From Camelus ferus (taxonomy: Eukaryota), in contig NC_045696.1 of the NCBI RefSeq assembly GCF_009834535.1, forward strand, positions 79,238,001-79,302,000: a DNA stretch of 64,000 nt. Reading direction: 5' to 3'. Made by a program: the position numbers and the translations under genes. Every line of letters begins with the position of its first letter. Position 1 is the first letter of the stretch. Shown here piece by piece: positions 41,651 to 55,520 of the stretch. The notes beneath the pieces were generated by a model, which made no database searches, was not told the origin of the DNA, and worked only from the letters and a program-made list of their open reading frames with translations.

Positions 41651-43894
41651 AAAATATTTTTTCCATTTTGAGTCTTGTAAATTGCACAGAAAAGTGACTT
41701 CACACTCACACCGTGTGTGTTTTATCCCATAGAGTTAATTCTTCAAAGTTCTAATTATAATCAACTCACCTCAGAGAGGGGGAAAAGAGGTGGATGAGCA
41801 TAGGGCATGTCCTCTAGAATATGTGCAAAATGTTTTTACATTGAGAAAAGGAGTACTGCTGCGTGTTTTGCACTAAACTGCTATCTTCAGGATATGAACT
41901 AGAGGTAGTTCCATAGCGCTCAGCAAGATCTGATTGTGAAAATACCTTAATTCCTGGACGTTACTGCATTTTATCTTCACGAGTAAGATAAATAAATTGA
42001 ACAAGTAATTATTAAGATCCTATTATCCGAGTGGGTCTCACCAGGAAATAAGCCAGTGAAGACAAGCCCTCTAATGCTGAAGTCCTGAGGAAGCTGCACT
42101 AGTGCTGACTGTGTCTTCCTAAAATGACTTCTTGACTTTCCAGGCTCACACATGCTCATCCTTGTTAAACATCTGTGGTCCTCAGTGGGGCAGTCTCTTT
42201 CTACTCCATGTACTCCACTCCTCATGGGTTGACTTGCCACGCACACTGGAGTCCTCTGGGGACACGAGTCTGTGCTCCTTCTCGCCTGATACAGCAAATG
42301 TTAAGCTTACAATAGATACTGTAGATACATTTTTGAATCTAGTGATTATATGCCCAGATTCACAGGACAGACACTAGAGCTAAAAAGGACCCTGCCGCAC
42401 AACTATGACTCTGACTTCACAGGTCATCCAGAAAATACAAATAGAGTGTGAACTGATTTTGTCCAGCCCCAAAGCTGGTCAAAAGCAGAGGTAGGTCTAG
42501 ACCTTAGTTTCCTATAACCCAGTCTATTTAGCTCCTTTACCGTAAGTCACAAGGCAGTAAAAGACAAGCAGAGAAATGGAAAAATCAGGTGTGGAAGTAC
42601 CTGATGTAGTATAGATCTCTTTTAAATAAACCACAAACTAATAAACCTATCATAAGTATATTACAACTATAAAACCTTTAGTACTCCCCTAATCAGCATT
42701 TTACTTAACATCATTAAAATTAAAATTTAAATAAAAATAAATATTTATAGAAGTGCTTTTAAAAGGAAAAATAGAAAAATACTAAAACCAAGCCAAGATT
42801 TGGAAAGATAAAGATCATAGAGTTTGAACCAAATCAGTAATACAAGTTAAGAGGAATGATTTCCCAGTAATGCATGTTATTACACTGAATTGTTTATGGA
42901 ATAATTTAAGTGTGGACAAATTAAGTAGTCAGCTTGACTTAAAAGAAGAACAAGAATAGCAGGGCTAATGTTTGGCCATATAAGCCAGTGAAATAGTGAA
43001 ATGCCCTGTACAAGTTAGCAAATTACTATTATCCAGAACGCCTGGAGTCCCTCTACTCTGTCACCTAAGATGCGCTGGATCTAGGCTACCCCACCTCCCA
43101 CCCCGATATCCTCACTGGGGCCAGTTTAAGAAACTAAAGAGTTGATGCGTGGCTTAGCAGGAGGCTCCCAGCACCCAGCCACAGTGTTATAGGCTGATAT
43201 CCTTTCCAGGTAGATAGTTTATATTTTTAATATTACCTCGGATTAATCTCAAAGACCCAAAAGTCCATTACTCTATGTATTTCCTAGAATATGTGTTAAT
43301 ACTACTTGATATTGTGCCTGTATTGTAATGGGCTTGGAGGCAGATATACACAGGTTTAGATACTGGTTCTTTCATGTGCTAGCTGTGTAACCTTGGGCAT
43401 GTTTTTTAATTCCACAGAGATTTAGCTGCCCCATGCTAACTCTCCTAAAAATATTGTTATAATAATTAAAAGCGCCTAGAAAAGGGGTTAACATAGAGAA
43501 GGTTAAATTTTTGTTTGTCTTTCACTTCTTTTCCATCCATTGCCTCAAATCAAATATACCTTCTATCATAGTATGAATTAAAATAAAAAGACTTAGAGTT
43601 AGGTCATTCCCACGCAGCCATATACTAGCTACATGACTTTATAATGTTCTTACCCTCTGCATTACTCAGTTCCGTAAATGCAAATGCCCACAGAACAGAG
43701 CAGAATCCAGAAAGATTACGTTAAAGTACTTCTTCGCCCAAGAACAATTTCCATATTAGCTACACATAGCTCCGTATTCTGACAATGACAATCTGGCAGA
43801 AGGAGTTTTAAGGATGAGTCATCAACTGAGTGTTTATTTTGTGCCTAACACACAACGGGTTTTCATAGATTTTTAATTGTTAGGCTAAGCCAAG

Positions 43895-44145
43895 CGATAC
43901 AGAATAGTGATTAAAAGTACAGGTTCTTGAACTATGCTACCTGGTTTCAGATCCTGCCTCTGCTACTTACAAGCTCTGTGATCTTAATTTCTCCAAGTCT
44001 ATGACTCATTTCCTTATTTGTAAAATAGGGGTATCAATAATGGTACCTACCTATGGAGCTGTTAAAAGAATTAAATTAGTCAATATACCAAATTGCTTAC
44101 TTGATACAATGTAAATGGTCAACCAAATGTTAGCTATTATAATGA
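43895..44145 (+). mobile_element. MIR SINE
   Basis: agaatagtgattaaaagtacagg...atcctgcctctgctacttac...atttgtaaaatagggg...tacctacc. Confidence 0.75.
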
Positions 44146-45039
44146 AGTAGGTGGTATTATCTTCATTTAATAGTTTGGGACGTAAAGATTAATGAACTTG
44201 TTCAAGAAGACTGACTCTATACTGACTACCCCACAAGGATTATCTCACTGACTCCTTCTAACTGTTTCAAATACCAGAATTACTATTATTCCATTTATAG
44301 GTGGGTTGGAAAGGGAGTCTAGGGTTTAGAAAAATGATAGATTTGTCCAATATCTTCTATCTAATAAGTAGGGAGCCAGGATGTGGAGCCAGATCTGTTT
44401 TATTCTGAGATTCATACCATCAGGACTATTCTGTGACCCCACAGAATATCAGAGAAACGTCATAAAATTGCTTTCAGAGAGATCAATACAACAGCAGTTG
44501 AAACCCAGGAGTGTCACAATGGGATATATAGAGAGAGAGGTTCCCTACCCACTGAGAGTAAACTCTGCTGCTAATTTTTCACATGGCATTAGGTGCATTG
44601 AAATGATGAAGAAAACACATGAAACAATTACAAATGAGAGGAAGCTGAAGATAAGATGTGCTGGGTAACTCTTCTCTGGTATGAGGAGAGAGAAACAAGG
44701 TTGTATACTATATACAGGATTAAAAAACATACATATGTGAGTACTGTGCTCTGCAGAAGGAATGAGCCTCACAGATTTCCTGTCCTTAACAGAGATGCTA
44801 AGTAAGCAGGAAGTTAGCTTCATGCAAGCAAGGCAGTTGGAAGAAGGCAGGAAGCATGATCCACTGAGATGGAGAGCATCACACCTGAACCTGAGTCTGT
44901 GACTTTGTCCCAGTGCTGTGGACTCCATAGGCCCGCTGGGGCCCAGATGCTGAAGCCATGAGGCAATTGCTCCCACAATACACAGAGGCCTTAGCGGCAT
45001 GAAATGGCTCATCTTAAAATGACAGCTGCCAAGTTTTGT

Positions 45040-45270
45040 AGCGAAAGAGCCCAAAATTAGTAACTGAAGGCCTGGGTTCTAGTTTGAGCTCTGCCACTTA
45101 CCTACGTGTTAATCTGTGTGACATTGTTCAAGTCACTTCACATCTCCAAGCCTTCATTTCGGTAGCTGTTAAAGGAAAAGACAGTACCTTCTAGCCACTT
45201 CAGGAATTTACTGTAGAACTAGATAAGATGCTGTTTATGAAGACACTGTGAAAAGCTTTTCGCATGTAAC
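45040..45270 (+). mobile_element. MIR SINE
   Basis: cctgggttctagtttgagctctgccactta...caagtcacttcacatctc. Confidence 0.65.
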
Positions 45271-45464
45271 GTGGAGCTTTGTATGACTGACATTAAGTGA
45301 AGTGGAAATAGTGGGGACTGCCAATTATAAAGGTCAAGGCAGTGACACAAAGAACTGAATGTATCACACATTCAAAAGAAGAGTAATCTGTATTATCTTA
45401 AAGAAAACAGTCCATATATACTTAAAACAATTTTTAAAAATTAAAATCCTCTTGTTTCCTTATA

Positions 45465-45710
45465 TGCCTGTTAAGAACACAAGTTCTGGAATCAGATTTC
45501 CTGATGCTGCACCTTGGCTCCGCTATCCTACGTGCCGTCAGACTTTTTGCAAGTGACTTGACAACCCCGTCCTTGATTTATCCATCTGTTAACTGGGGAC
45601 AGAAATAACAACAAGCTTGTACATTAAAGGTGGTAATATATGTGGAGCTCTTAGGCCAGTCTCTGGCACATTTTAAGGATACACTAAATATTAAGAATTA
45701 TTATTAAAAC
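45465..45710 (+). mobile_element. MIR SINE
   Basis: gttaagaacacaagttctggaatcaga...gcaagtgacttgac...catctgttaactgggg. Confidence 0.6.
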
Positions 45711-47548
45711 TCATTAAGTGAAACATTTAAAAAATTAGATTAATTGATACTAGAACAATTGCAGGAGAAAAAATTGGTATTTTATGGTGTCTTTATAAAA
45801 GTGGAGGTTCCAAATGTATTTAATAAAACTCTTACCCGTTTAATACTTAGTCATTATAGATTTGAAAATAATTGCCAGCAAATGAGGATTAAAAAATACC
45901 TTTTCTCTTTCTGGCAAAATATCAGGTCTGAGTTTGCAGCATTAGAAAAAAAATTACAGAAAATTTAAAAGCAAAGTATTATAGCAATTCTTTCTTTCCA
46001 TTGTAATAATACGCACAAAGAAGAGAGTTGACAGGTTTTGGACAAGCCAGCAGTTCTAATACTTTGTCCAGTTAAAATGCCAAAAATTTTTGTGGAAAGT
46101 TTTAAGAATGATATTCTGAATGAAATGACACTTTTAAATTATTTGAATATTAAAACTTTTTGCTAGTTCGATTACCGACTTTGATGTTCTAGCTTTATTT
46201 TCATAACTCGTAGCATCATTTAAAGGGCAATCATGTTTACCAGCGCTGTAAGAAGTGACTGCTTGAGGGTAACCCCAGTCACAGTGTGCCTCCAAGACAC
46301 TTCGTTTAATATCTGAACTAGGAAACATGGCCACTGAAAGCTTGCATTCTGAATTGTGCATGAACTGAGTTTTGGGAAACCCATGAGCAAAATTAAGGTA
46401 TTTGATCTTCAAAATATAAACATGCCATCTTAAAAGAGGCTTATCTCTCAAGTATTTAATGGTTACTGGATTACAAGAATCAATATGGGATAAGAGGCCC
46501 CATGCTTTATTGATTTCTCCTTCCCTGTATTTTCATTCTTCCCTTTAAGCTATTAAAATGCCTCGAATCAAGCTACTTCTTGTAAGATAGTCCAGAATAA
46601 TATTTATCAAAGATAACATATTTCATACTAACATATTGCTATTGGCAGTCAAGACTGCCTTTGAAGGAAAAAAAATCTTACCCATAAAAATACAAATGCT
46701 TTTGCACTTAGTCTTCAGTATTTTTACAGTGAAAACAGAAAGCACATTTTTTTCAAATATAGGGAAATCATATTGGATTTTGTAAAACATTTCACATTTA
46801 AATAAACAGCCGTATCCTGAATATCACAGAATTTTTGTTTTAATATAGAAAGCTTGAAACAGCTGTATTAAAATTTAAAGCAATAAAAAATATGCAGTTG
46901 ACTTCAGGCAAGAGATGTGTTTCAAAAATTTGCACATGAATCACTGTTTGTAAATTTTAAATACACTAAGAGATGCTGCAATGTCGAGCACCCTGTGGTG
47001 AATTATTTGGATAAATAAATCCCTTTTAAGAGAGAATAATCATCCAATATGTGTTTCCTAAGTTACCATTCCTACGTATTTTTCCCTTGAATAGGAATAC
47101 ATCTGTATTTATTCAGTATTAAAACTAATCTGTTTGGAACATGTTAAGAAATAGTATCTAATATTTTAATTGCATAGATCGAGGGTTCGTTTATCCTCTG
47201 TGATTCACTTAAAGATAACTTTTCACTGGGAATGAATAATTTTCAACATTATTTTGTTGAAATGGAGTAGAAATTTGTTTCTGCAAGGCAGCTTAATTGT
47301 TCTGGACATTCCTTCTTAAGCAGAAGGGCAGAGGAAAAACTCACAAGAGAGAAGGTACAAAAAAGGGTAAAATGGTTCATCATTAAAAAAAGGAAAAAAG
47401 AAAACTGAATAGACAGGGATATTCAGGACAATTTCAATGCACAAAGTTCGCAGCTGGAATACTTCCCTCACACTGTCCTTTCTCTGTATTTGAACACCTT
47501 TCAGAATGAATCCTGGTAAGAAAATCAGTACAATTTAGTTCTCAAGAC

Positions 47549-47710
47549 AGTGCTTTTCCAATGTGGGTGTTCATAAAAAATATCCAGGGAGCTTATCAAC
47601 AATGACAATTCCTACCACCCCTTACCCCTGAGATCGGTCAGGGTTCAGCCTAGAATTCAGCAATCTGGTGATGAATGAGGTCCATGAACCACACCTTCAG
47701 GAAAATCTGG
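47549..47710. mobile_element. MER5-like hAT-Charlie MITE
   Basis: cagtgcttttccaa...ccagggagctt...ggtgat...accacaccttcaggaaaatctg followed by ttctagac. Confidence 0.55.
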
Positions 47711-48639
47711 GTTCTAGACCCTTGTCCTACTTTGGGAATCTTGACTCTTTTTCAGTTATAACTCTCAAATGAAAAGCTGGACATAAATATATGAAATTGA
47801 CCACACTGTGTACAAGCTTGGCTATGACACACACCGGCTAGAAATGTCCGTGTGACAGCAAGCTCCAGTCGAATGGTGCCTTCTCTTCAAGAAGACAATG
47901 CCCAGAAGAAAAGAGCTGCCCACTTCCAAGTAAGGTTTTATTTCATGGGAATATTTTAAATAGATAGAAAGGTAAATAGATAGATATAAACAGATAGATG
48001 TGTGTTTATACACATAAATACAAACATATCATATATATAAACTCATGTAAATATGTATATGTCATTAAATGTGTTAAATAGCTCTATTCTTTTGGTTTCA
48101 TAATCTAGTCAAAAAATAATCTTTATCTCAAAACATTTCACATCAGACTGGTTTAAAATGTATTTAATATTGACAATATTTTTTATTCTTTGAGGGTTGA
48201 CCTATTACCAAGAATATCCACTTTGCTATCTCAAAGATCATAGGAAGAAATCCTACATAGGAAATTCTAAATAGAAAAAGAGACATTTTTAGACAAAGCA
48301 ATGACCCCAACCTGAAGCAGTTCAGAACCTACTTTTAAGAAAATTAAGGAATGTAATGTAAGGAAGAAGTGAAAATTATCAGGAAATACCTAAGTGGGAT
48401 AAATGTCAAAGAGTGAAAGAAATTTGCTCCCTGGAACATAATGAAATAAACAGGAGTATAAAAATACAATAAGAACATAGCACAGTGATCCAAGGGTGGT
48501 GGCACCATCTGTGGCCTGGGAAACGGGGAATTCTTGGCCCTCAGCCTAGTGCAGGAGGAGCCAGGGAAGCAGGGAAGCTTTTGAACCATCATTATGTTAA
48601 GAACTAAAGTTTTATTCTTTTTGTCTACAGGCTACAGAT

Positions 48640-49270
48640 ATATAGGTCTCTCTCCCTGTTTATGTGTGTGTCTGTCTTTGTGTGCGTGGATGTCACACCT
48701 GTCTCTCTGGGTATTTCTTTGTGTGTGAACGTGAATTTTTCTGTCTAGTTAAGCGCGTGTTCCATTCTTGTGGAGTTACATGTTACGCACTTCGCTTCAT
48801 GTATAAATGGCTCTGAATGCATGAGACTCTGCCCCATTGTGTCTTGCTGCTCATTGGCCTGCTTCATTCTGCCTGTGCTTTTCTCTGACCAGGTGCGTGC
48901 TTTTTCCCTCTCTGTTGTATACATTTCTCTGTGTCTCCATTTATGCGTCTCTCTTTTTCTGCTTCTGAATGTCTTTGACACCCGGTGTCCCACTCTATCT
49001 GTATGTTTGTGTATTTCTCTCTGTGAGCCTCCTGGATCCATCTCACTGCACCAGTCTCTACGGTGGGGGGGGGGGGTAGCTTTGGGTTTGTGTTTTTGAT
49101 GGCATGGATTTCTGTGTCTGCATTCTTCCCTGTGTGTATCTCTCTCTCCCTCTTTCTGTACGGTTTGTGTGTGTGTCTTTCTTGCTTGTTTGCTCCCATT
49201 GATGTGGGCATCACTGAGTGGGTCTCATGGGGTGTCCACTCTTCTCAGTATGTCTCTCTGTTGAGCATGC
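48640..49270. repeat. Degenerate TC/TG low-complexity array
   Basis: Recurrent tctctctgtgtgtct-type motifs and very A-poor plus strand over about 630 bp; G11 run near 49066-49076. Confidence 0.75.
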
Positions 49271-50149
49271 CTGTGGGAGAGCAGGTAGACAAGAGAAGCT
49301 CCCATGATATATACTATACCCTCTCTCACATCCAGTCTGTCAGGGAAAAGACTCAAGGAAATTATCTAGCCCTTTATTGCCTCTAGACACAGCTAAGGCT
49401 AACACATTCCACAGAGAGATGTTAATATTCATCTTTCTCACCTTCCCTAATACATCCTGTTGACACTCGCGTTTTACACTTAGAGTTATCTATTCCACGA
49501 TGTAAGTATCTCGAAGCCCCATTTCCTCAAGAGGAAAAATTAGGGTAAGAGCACCTTTTTGTAGGATTGGTGTGAAAATTACAGATGTAAACTTCCTAGC
49601 ACACTACCTAGAACATAGCTGGTGCTCCACAAGTTTTGTCACAACTATCAGGGCCCATTTCTAGGCTAAAATTTTATGGAAAAGTTGAATTCCTCTAAGG
49701 AAAACTGCTATACAATCAAATATTTTAAGAGAGGTTATTTCATGCAATCTCCCTACTTAAAAAAAAATACAGCTAGAAGAAATTATAAAACGGAACTCTT
49801 CAAAGAAATATTATTTCTTTTTGGATGGAAAATTTATTAGAACATATGTTTCCATGCTTTCAGTGGCCCATGGCACTAAACCAGTGGCTCAAGATTATGC
49901 ATAATCTTAGATCAATTAAAATACAGCCTAAATTGGCATGTAGGGTATGAGATAGTCTACTGCCTCCTCGCCTGGAGCAGGTGAGGACGTGGAGTCTGGG
50001 AGACTAAGAGTCTCAGTGGCTTGTCCTAAGTTACAGGCTCCAAAAATGTGGCAAATATGCTACAAAACCCCATGGCCCTTAGATTTATAGTCTATACTGC
50101 TTCTAATGCATTTTGCTGGCTCCACTATGGATTTCAATTTTTGTCACTT

Positions 50150-50560
50150 AATTGTATCTTTTAAATAGATAATTCATTCACAAAGTTGAAAAAAATCAAA
50201 TCAATAAATATCAAGGTACATCAAAAAGTCATAGTCCCATCTCATCCAGCTTTACCTCCCCTGTCCCTGCCTCTTATCCCCAGTCCTGTAGGTGACAGCT
50301 TGGCTCTGTGTGTGTCCTTTCCATATCCTTCATGCAAATTCAAGGAAAGTATTTATACAGACACAAGCAATTATAAACTATAAGTATTTTTATTTCTTCT
50401 TTTTTACATAAAAGATAGTACTCTAAATTCACTGTTTTATCCCTTGCTTTTTTAAATTAATGCTATATCCGAGAAATCTTTCTATATCAGCCTATGAAAA
50501 ACTTCATCTTTTTTTTTATAGTTGCATACTGATTTTAGCTTTTTTGAAAATAAATCTAAT
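50150..50560 (-). mobile_element. Ancient L1 (L1MC/ME-type) 3' fragment
   Basis: tttaaatagataattcattcac...ctttccatat...cactgttttatcccttgcttttt. Confidence 0.5.
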
Positions 50561-51569
50561 TAGTTGTGAATACTTAAACCAAAGGAGGTGGGGATGAAGT
50601 GTGGTAAAAAGACATAAGTCTATAGTTTGAAAAACTTCTATAACAACTTTAATTCGTGGGTGGTGAAGAACAATGCAAAGAAAAGGGACTAGGCAAGCTT
50701 TGAGCACACAATAGAAGATGCCTGGCCACACCTGTTCCCTCTCCTGTTCTCCCAGGGGCTGCCTGAGATATGGAACGAGTAGCTAAAAATACCTACAGTT
50801 ATTTTACTATTTACTCCCAGGGAGAAACTCTATAAAATGCAAACGTTCATAAAACAGGAGCCGTTAGGGGAAATGAAATTTTGAAAACATTCAGTGCTCA
50901 GAACTACCATATTAAGTTATTAGTTTACCAAGACACATATACAGTTTTTTTTTTTACTCTTTTTACAATAAATTTTTATGGTTTTATAGTAAAAGTATCT
51001 TGCTGAGATTTTTTTTTTTAAACTATAATTCCATTACCCATTGCCTTTACTACCTTTCAATTAATTTGGTTATCTATATAATTTCAAGGAATTAACATCT
51101 GAATGCCTATCAGTCTGTCAGGGACTTTGCTCTGTGTTATATGGACTTTATCGTATTTAGCTCATTTAAAGGCCTATCTTCGCCAATTGTCACAGGGCAA
51201 CACAATTAGGTTCCAGATCCGATTTGCCTTACTCGTCTCTATCCACAACTTACAGTAGACAAAGATAACTAAAAATTTCAGAAGCCTCTTCGATGGTAAG
51301 ATTGCATTTGTGGGAATCACAGGACCAGCTGTAATAACAGTAACCAAAGGAGCAAGGAGAGGCAGATTCATCCACTCTGTCATGTGTGTTGCCCAGTGAA
51401 ATCTCAAACTTCCCTTAAATCTCAGATGAAGTCTAATAAAATAAAACTACCTTAAGTTCTTTTTCCATGACCAAGGCATGTAACATTGCCCAGGTTTGAG
51501 CTAACAGTCTATGACTCTTATCAAGAGCATTGGATGCTAAATCTACTTTATGTTTAAAAGAGATTTCAT

Positions 51570-51780
51570 CTTTTATCAAAATACTTCAACACATATTACT
51601 TCACTGTATTTTCCTAACCACCTTGGAAGTCAAGGGTTGATGTTTCTGCTTTATAAATATATCCATCTTATAAATGTAATCACAGAAGCATGGGAAGTTA
51701 CTCCACTTGTCTAAAACTCCATCACTGGGTAGTGACGGCAACTCTATCACCCATGTTTGATCCACACTCTTCACAGAGAC
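51570..51780 (-). mobile_element. MIR SINE
   Basis: catcttataaatg...cacagaag...gaagttactccacttgtctaa. Confidence 0.5.
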
Positions 51781-51869
51781 CAACCTAACCTGTCCTCCAA
51801 TCCAGAAATGAACTGGCCATGATAACAGCATGGTCATTAAGTCAATCCAAAAATGGGAATGATAAAAAG

Positions 51870-52260
51870 ACAAAATGGCAACTAAAATGTCCATCAAAGT
51901 TCATCCATCCAAAGCAGTGAACCAACTTAGTCCCATGAATTTCTTAAAATGAATTAGATATGTCCACATGTTCTAATATTAAAGTTATGTAACACACATG
52001 ATTAAGAAGAAAAGGCAAATTTCAGAATAATATGAGAAGCATTATCACATTTGTATAGAAAAAGAATTAAGTACACATGTTTAAATGTACACAGACATTC
52101 CCTGGAAGGATATCCAAAAACTATTATAAATTGTTTTCTCTAGGGAGTAAGTATAATATGTGATGTGGGGAAAGACGTTCAACTTTCCCTTTTTCACTCA
52201 CTCTCATCTCAATGTTTCCATTTTTTAAATCATGAACATATATTATTTTTATCACTTAAA
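51870..52260 (+). mobile_element. Ancient L1 (L1MC/ME-type) 3' fragment
   Basis: caactaaaatgtccatcaa...aaaggcaaatttcagaataatatg...ctggaaggatatccaaaaact. Confidence 0.5.
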
Positions 52261-55200
52261 ATATCATAATGGTCATAATTTTTAACTTGCTGTAAAACCT
52301 GGGACAAATCAAGTAAACACTCTATGCATATCTTTAAACATCTGCTTCTCTTGGATTACTTCTTGCTCTGTGATGCTTTTATTGTGCCAAAATCTCTATT
52401 GACTCTTTGAATAAATATTTAATTTCACCAATTAATTATAACGCTAGTGGGGAGTTTAAACTACACAGAGTTAAATCTGTTGAGTGTTAAACTCATCAAT
52501 AAAATGGCCACTCAGAATGACATTCTGGTTGGATTAGGAAGACACACACTATTATCTTGATTACCAGTGCACATGACATTGAAGACGCAGATGGGCGATC
52601 AAAAGTGTATGTTTCATGAAACACTCTCTAAATCTTTAAAGTCTTCCAGCTATTTGCACTTACTATAGAAACTATTTCAGCTTATAAGTATTGAGTGTGA
52701 TTTGAGATTCACATTCAGGACGTAAGTGTAACATTTGAACTCATTTATGATCGCAACAAGCACATACATATACATGGATGCATGTGTTTTTGTATCATAC
52801 AGAGAGAAACATGTACAAGTCATTCTTAAATATACGAACCAAGTGACAGCACTAACAACTGTAGATTAATACATTCCTTAACTCACATTATTACGTAGGG
52901 AGTTAGAAGCATTGCAGCGTGAATTAAGGACAAAGTGTCAACCTTAGTTTAAATGTGGACTTTTCAAAGAACAAATGACACATTCCATGGACAGCTGTCT
53001 AGAAAAAGTGTAGCTTTTTATGCATGCAATTTTGAAAGTCTATTCATGTATTTTAATTTCCTGATTCACAGAACTTGCAGGTAAATGGATAGCAGCTTTC
53101 AGAAAAAATTTTTAAAAATTAAAAAATGACTGATAAATTTTAAAAATGGTTAAAGGAAGTCGTAAAATGAAGCATCAATTTGTGAACATTCTACATAATC
53201 TTGTAAAAATGTAGTTAATGAGGAAAAACTAGTGAACATTTTTTGTTATTTGATTCCTTATTCAGCTACACATCTGTTATCCAGTGCATGGGATCTACAT
53301 AGTTAGATTTGCAGCTGATAACTCTTTTCAAAATCTACTCAACTGAAATACAATCAGCTTAATTTTACCACTTTGTAACATCCAGACTTATGCTCCATAA
53401 TAGTTAGTTCAAACCACATTATCCTCCCTGCTTTCAGTTTTCAGTTGATTTGAAGCTTCTCTGGTTTTTCCAATAGATTCTAAGCATCTGAAGGAGAGAG
53501 GGCATGTCAAATTCATCTTTATACCTGAAGTTACTGCCCAAAGCTTGATGCATTTTAGAACTCGGTAAAAGTTTGTTAAACAAATAAAAGGGGAGTAGGA
53601 AATATTAAGAGAACAGACTTAAATAAAAGTAACCCTTCACCTAAACCGGATGCCTTCTAAAGAGTCAAGTAAAACTCTTCTACCTAGTTAGTTACAGATA
53701 ACACATGCTATAAGTTTAATTGATATTCACAATGTTTATTCTGAGGCTTTTCAGACACCTAATATGAGAGAAAAATAAAAACAAGAGAGAAATGCAGTCT
53801 GTGTTCAATACAGTGTACTCACTAAGACAAAATTGGTTTTCTATTTTTTCTAGAAAATATTTTCTAGAAAACTAATGAAAAATATTAAAATAAACTGAGT
53901 TTTTGAACTAAAATCAAATTAACCAGACTATCTGAACTTAAAGATTCCTTGCTTAACAAAATCTTAGTATTTCTACAATTCTACAATTTCTATTATTTAT
54001 TTCCACAGAATATTTACATAGAATATATTAAGTATAATTAACTCATTTAATGAATGTTCTTAAAACATTTGATATTTTATGAATAAAACATTAAATGTGA
54101 TACTAGCCCACTCATCCTAATTGTTTATTATACCAGGGATATATCAGATATGCAAATGAAGGTATATAATTTTGCATTTATTTTACTCCATAAGAATAAT
54201 TTTTACCATTATAAATATTATTGGTTAAACTATAATATATCAAAATCTTTGATCAAGTCAATTACCCATGTTATTTTTTGTAAAAAAGTAAATTCTAGTT
54301 TTGTTCCTACATTTAAAGAACATGAAGTGATTTAAGTTGTTTATTGAAAAATCATTAACTGCCAGTTAAGATCGATTTTTGCCATCCATTTTTGGAACAC
54401 TAACGTCATTGTTTAGAAAAGAAAGACCGAGTGACAAAGTACACTCAATAGTGATATAATATTTTTGACAAGAAATATGGAGGTTAAATATTGTCTTTGT
54501 ATAACAACCTTAAGGCAGATAAACAAGAGGAAACACGTATTAGAGAATTAGGGCAAAAATTTGTTTTTAGGAGCAATATGCTATATTATTCATATCTTCT
54601 TAAGGAAAAGATGGCAAGTTTATTGGTTTCCTTCTGCCCTTATCCTCTGCCAGCAAGAGCCATCTGTAGTAAGATGGAAACATTGGCACACACAAAAAAT
54701 CACTCTGCTTCCTAAAACCATTGCCTAATACAGTCTACTGCATATTTTCTAAGGCTCTTGTCTTTTTCACTTTTCCCATTTTTCAACAATGACAGGGACC
54801 CTGAGGTACTTCTTTGGGGCAATTTATAGTCCAATTCCAAAATAAACAAGAGATTCATAAAACTAGGAAAAATAAAGTGAACACACATTAACAAGATGTT
54901 TATATTTGTAAATATAAACATATGATCACAGACCATGAAAAAAAGTTTAACACCTTAATTGGAAAATGAATTTGATTAATGCTTCATAGCATCATACTCC
55001 TTAGGAGTGTGCTATAGCCACTGGAGCACTGGTTGCTTAATAAAATGATTATTCTCATTATTAGTCACAAATGTGCAAGATTTTTCATGCATGAAATAGA
55101 TACTTGGGAAAGTTGCACGAACCCTTTCAAACCAGCATGGGATTTGGAAAAGAATGGTACATGCTCTTCAAAAACAGTCATATCAGTGTTCAGGGATAGA

Positions 55201-55294
55201 TCCTACCACTTATTTATGAAGATTCACTCACAGAATCCATAAGACACAACTTTGGATATTCAAAGTAGTGTCATGATTGCAATAAAACCTAATA

Positions 55295-55520
55295 AAGCTA
55301 GCTTTTATTATCTATTATATTCTGGGCACTGGGAAACAACCTTGTATGAATGACCCCGTTAATTCTACTCAACAACCCTATGGGGTAGGTATTGTAATTA
55401 TTCCCATTTCATAAATGAGTAAACTGATACCTCTAGAAAGACTAAGTGACTTGCCCAACCCAATGTGTGGAGAAGCTGAATTTAAGGCAGTGTTAGAGAG
55501 CCTGCAATTTTAATCACTAT
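55295..55520 (-). mobile_element. MIR SINE
   Basis: caacaaccctatggggtaggtatt...cccatttcataaatgagtaaactga...taagtgacttgccca. Confidence 0.8.

Noticed and set aside
44545..45054. 169-aa ORF
   Set aside because: No recognisable homology or exon structure; lies among MIRs and probable decayed repeats.
48745..49386. Cys/Leu/Ser-rich and Arg/Glu/Thr-rich ORFs
   Set aside because: Translation artefacts of the TC/TG low-complexity array.
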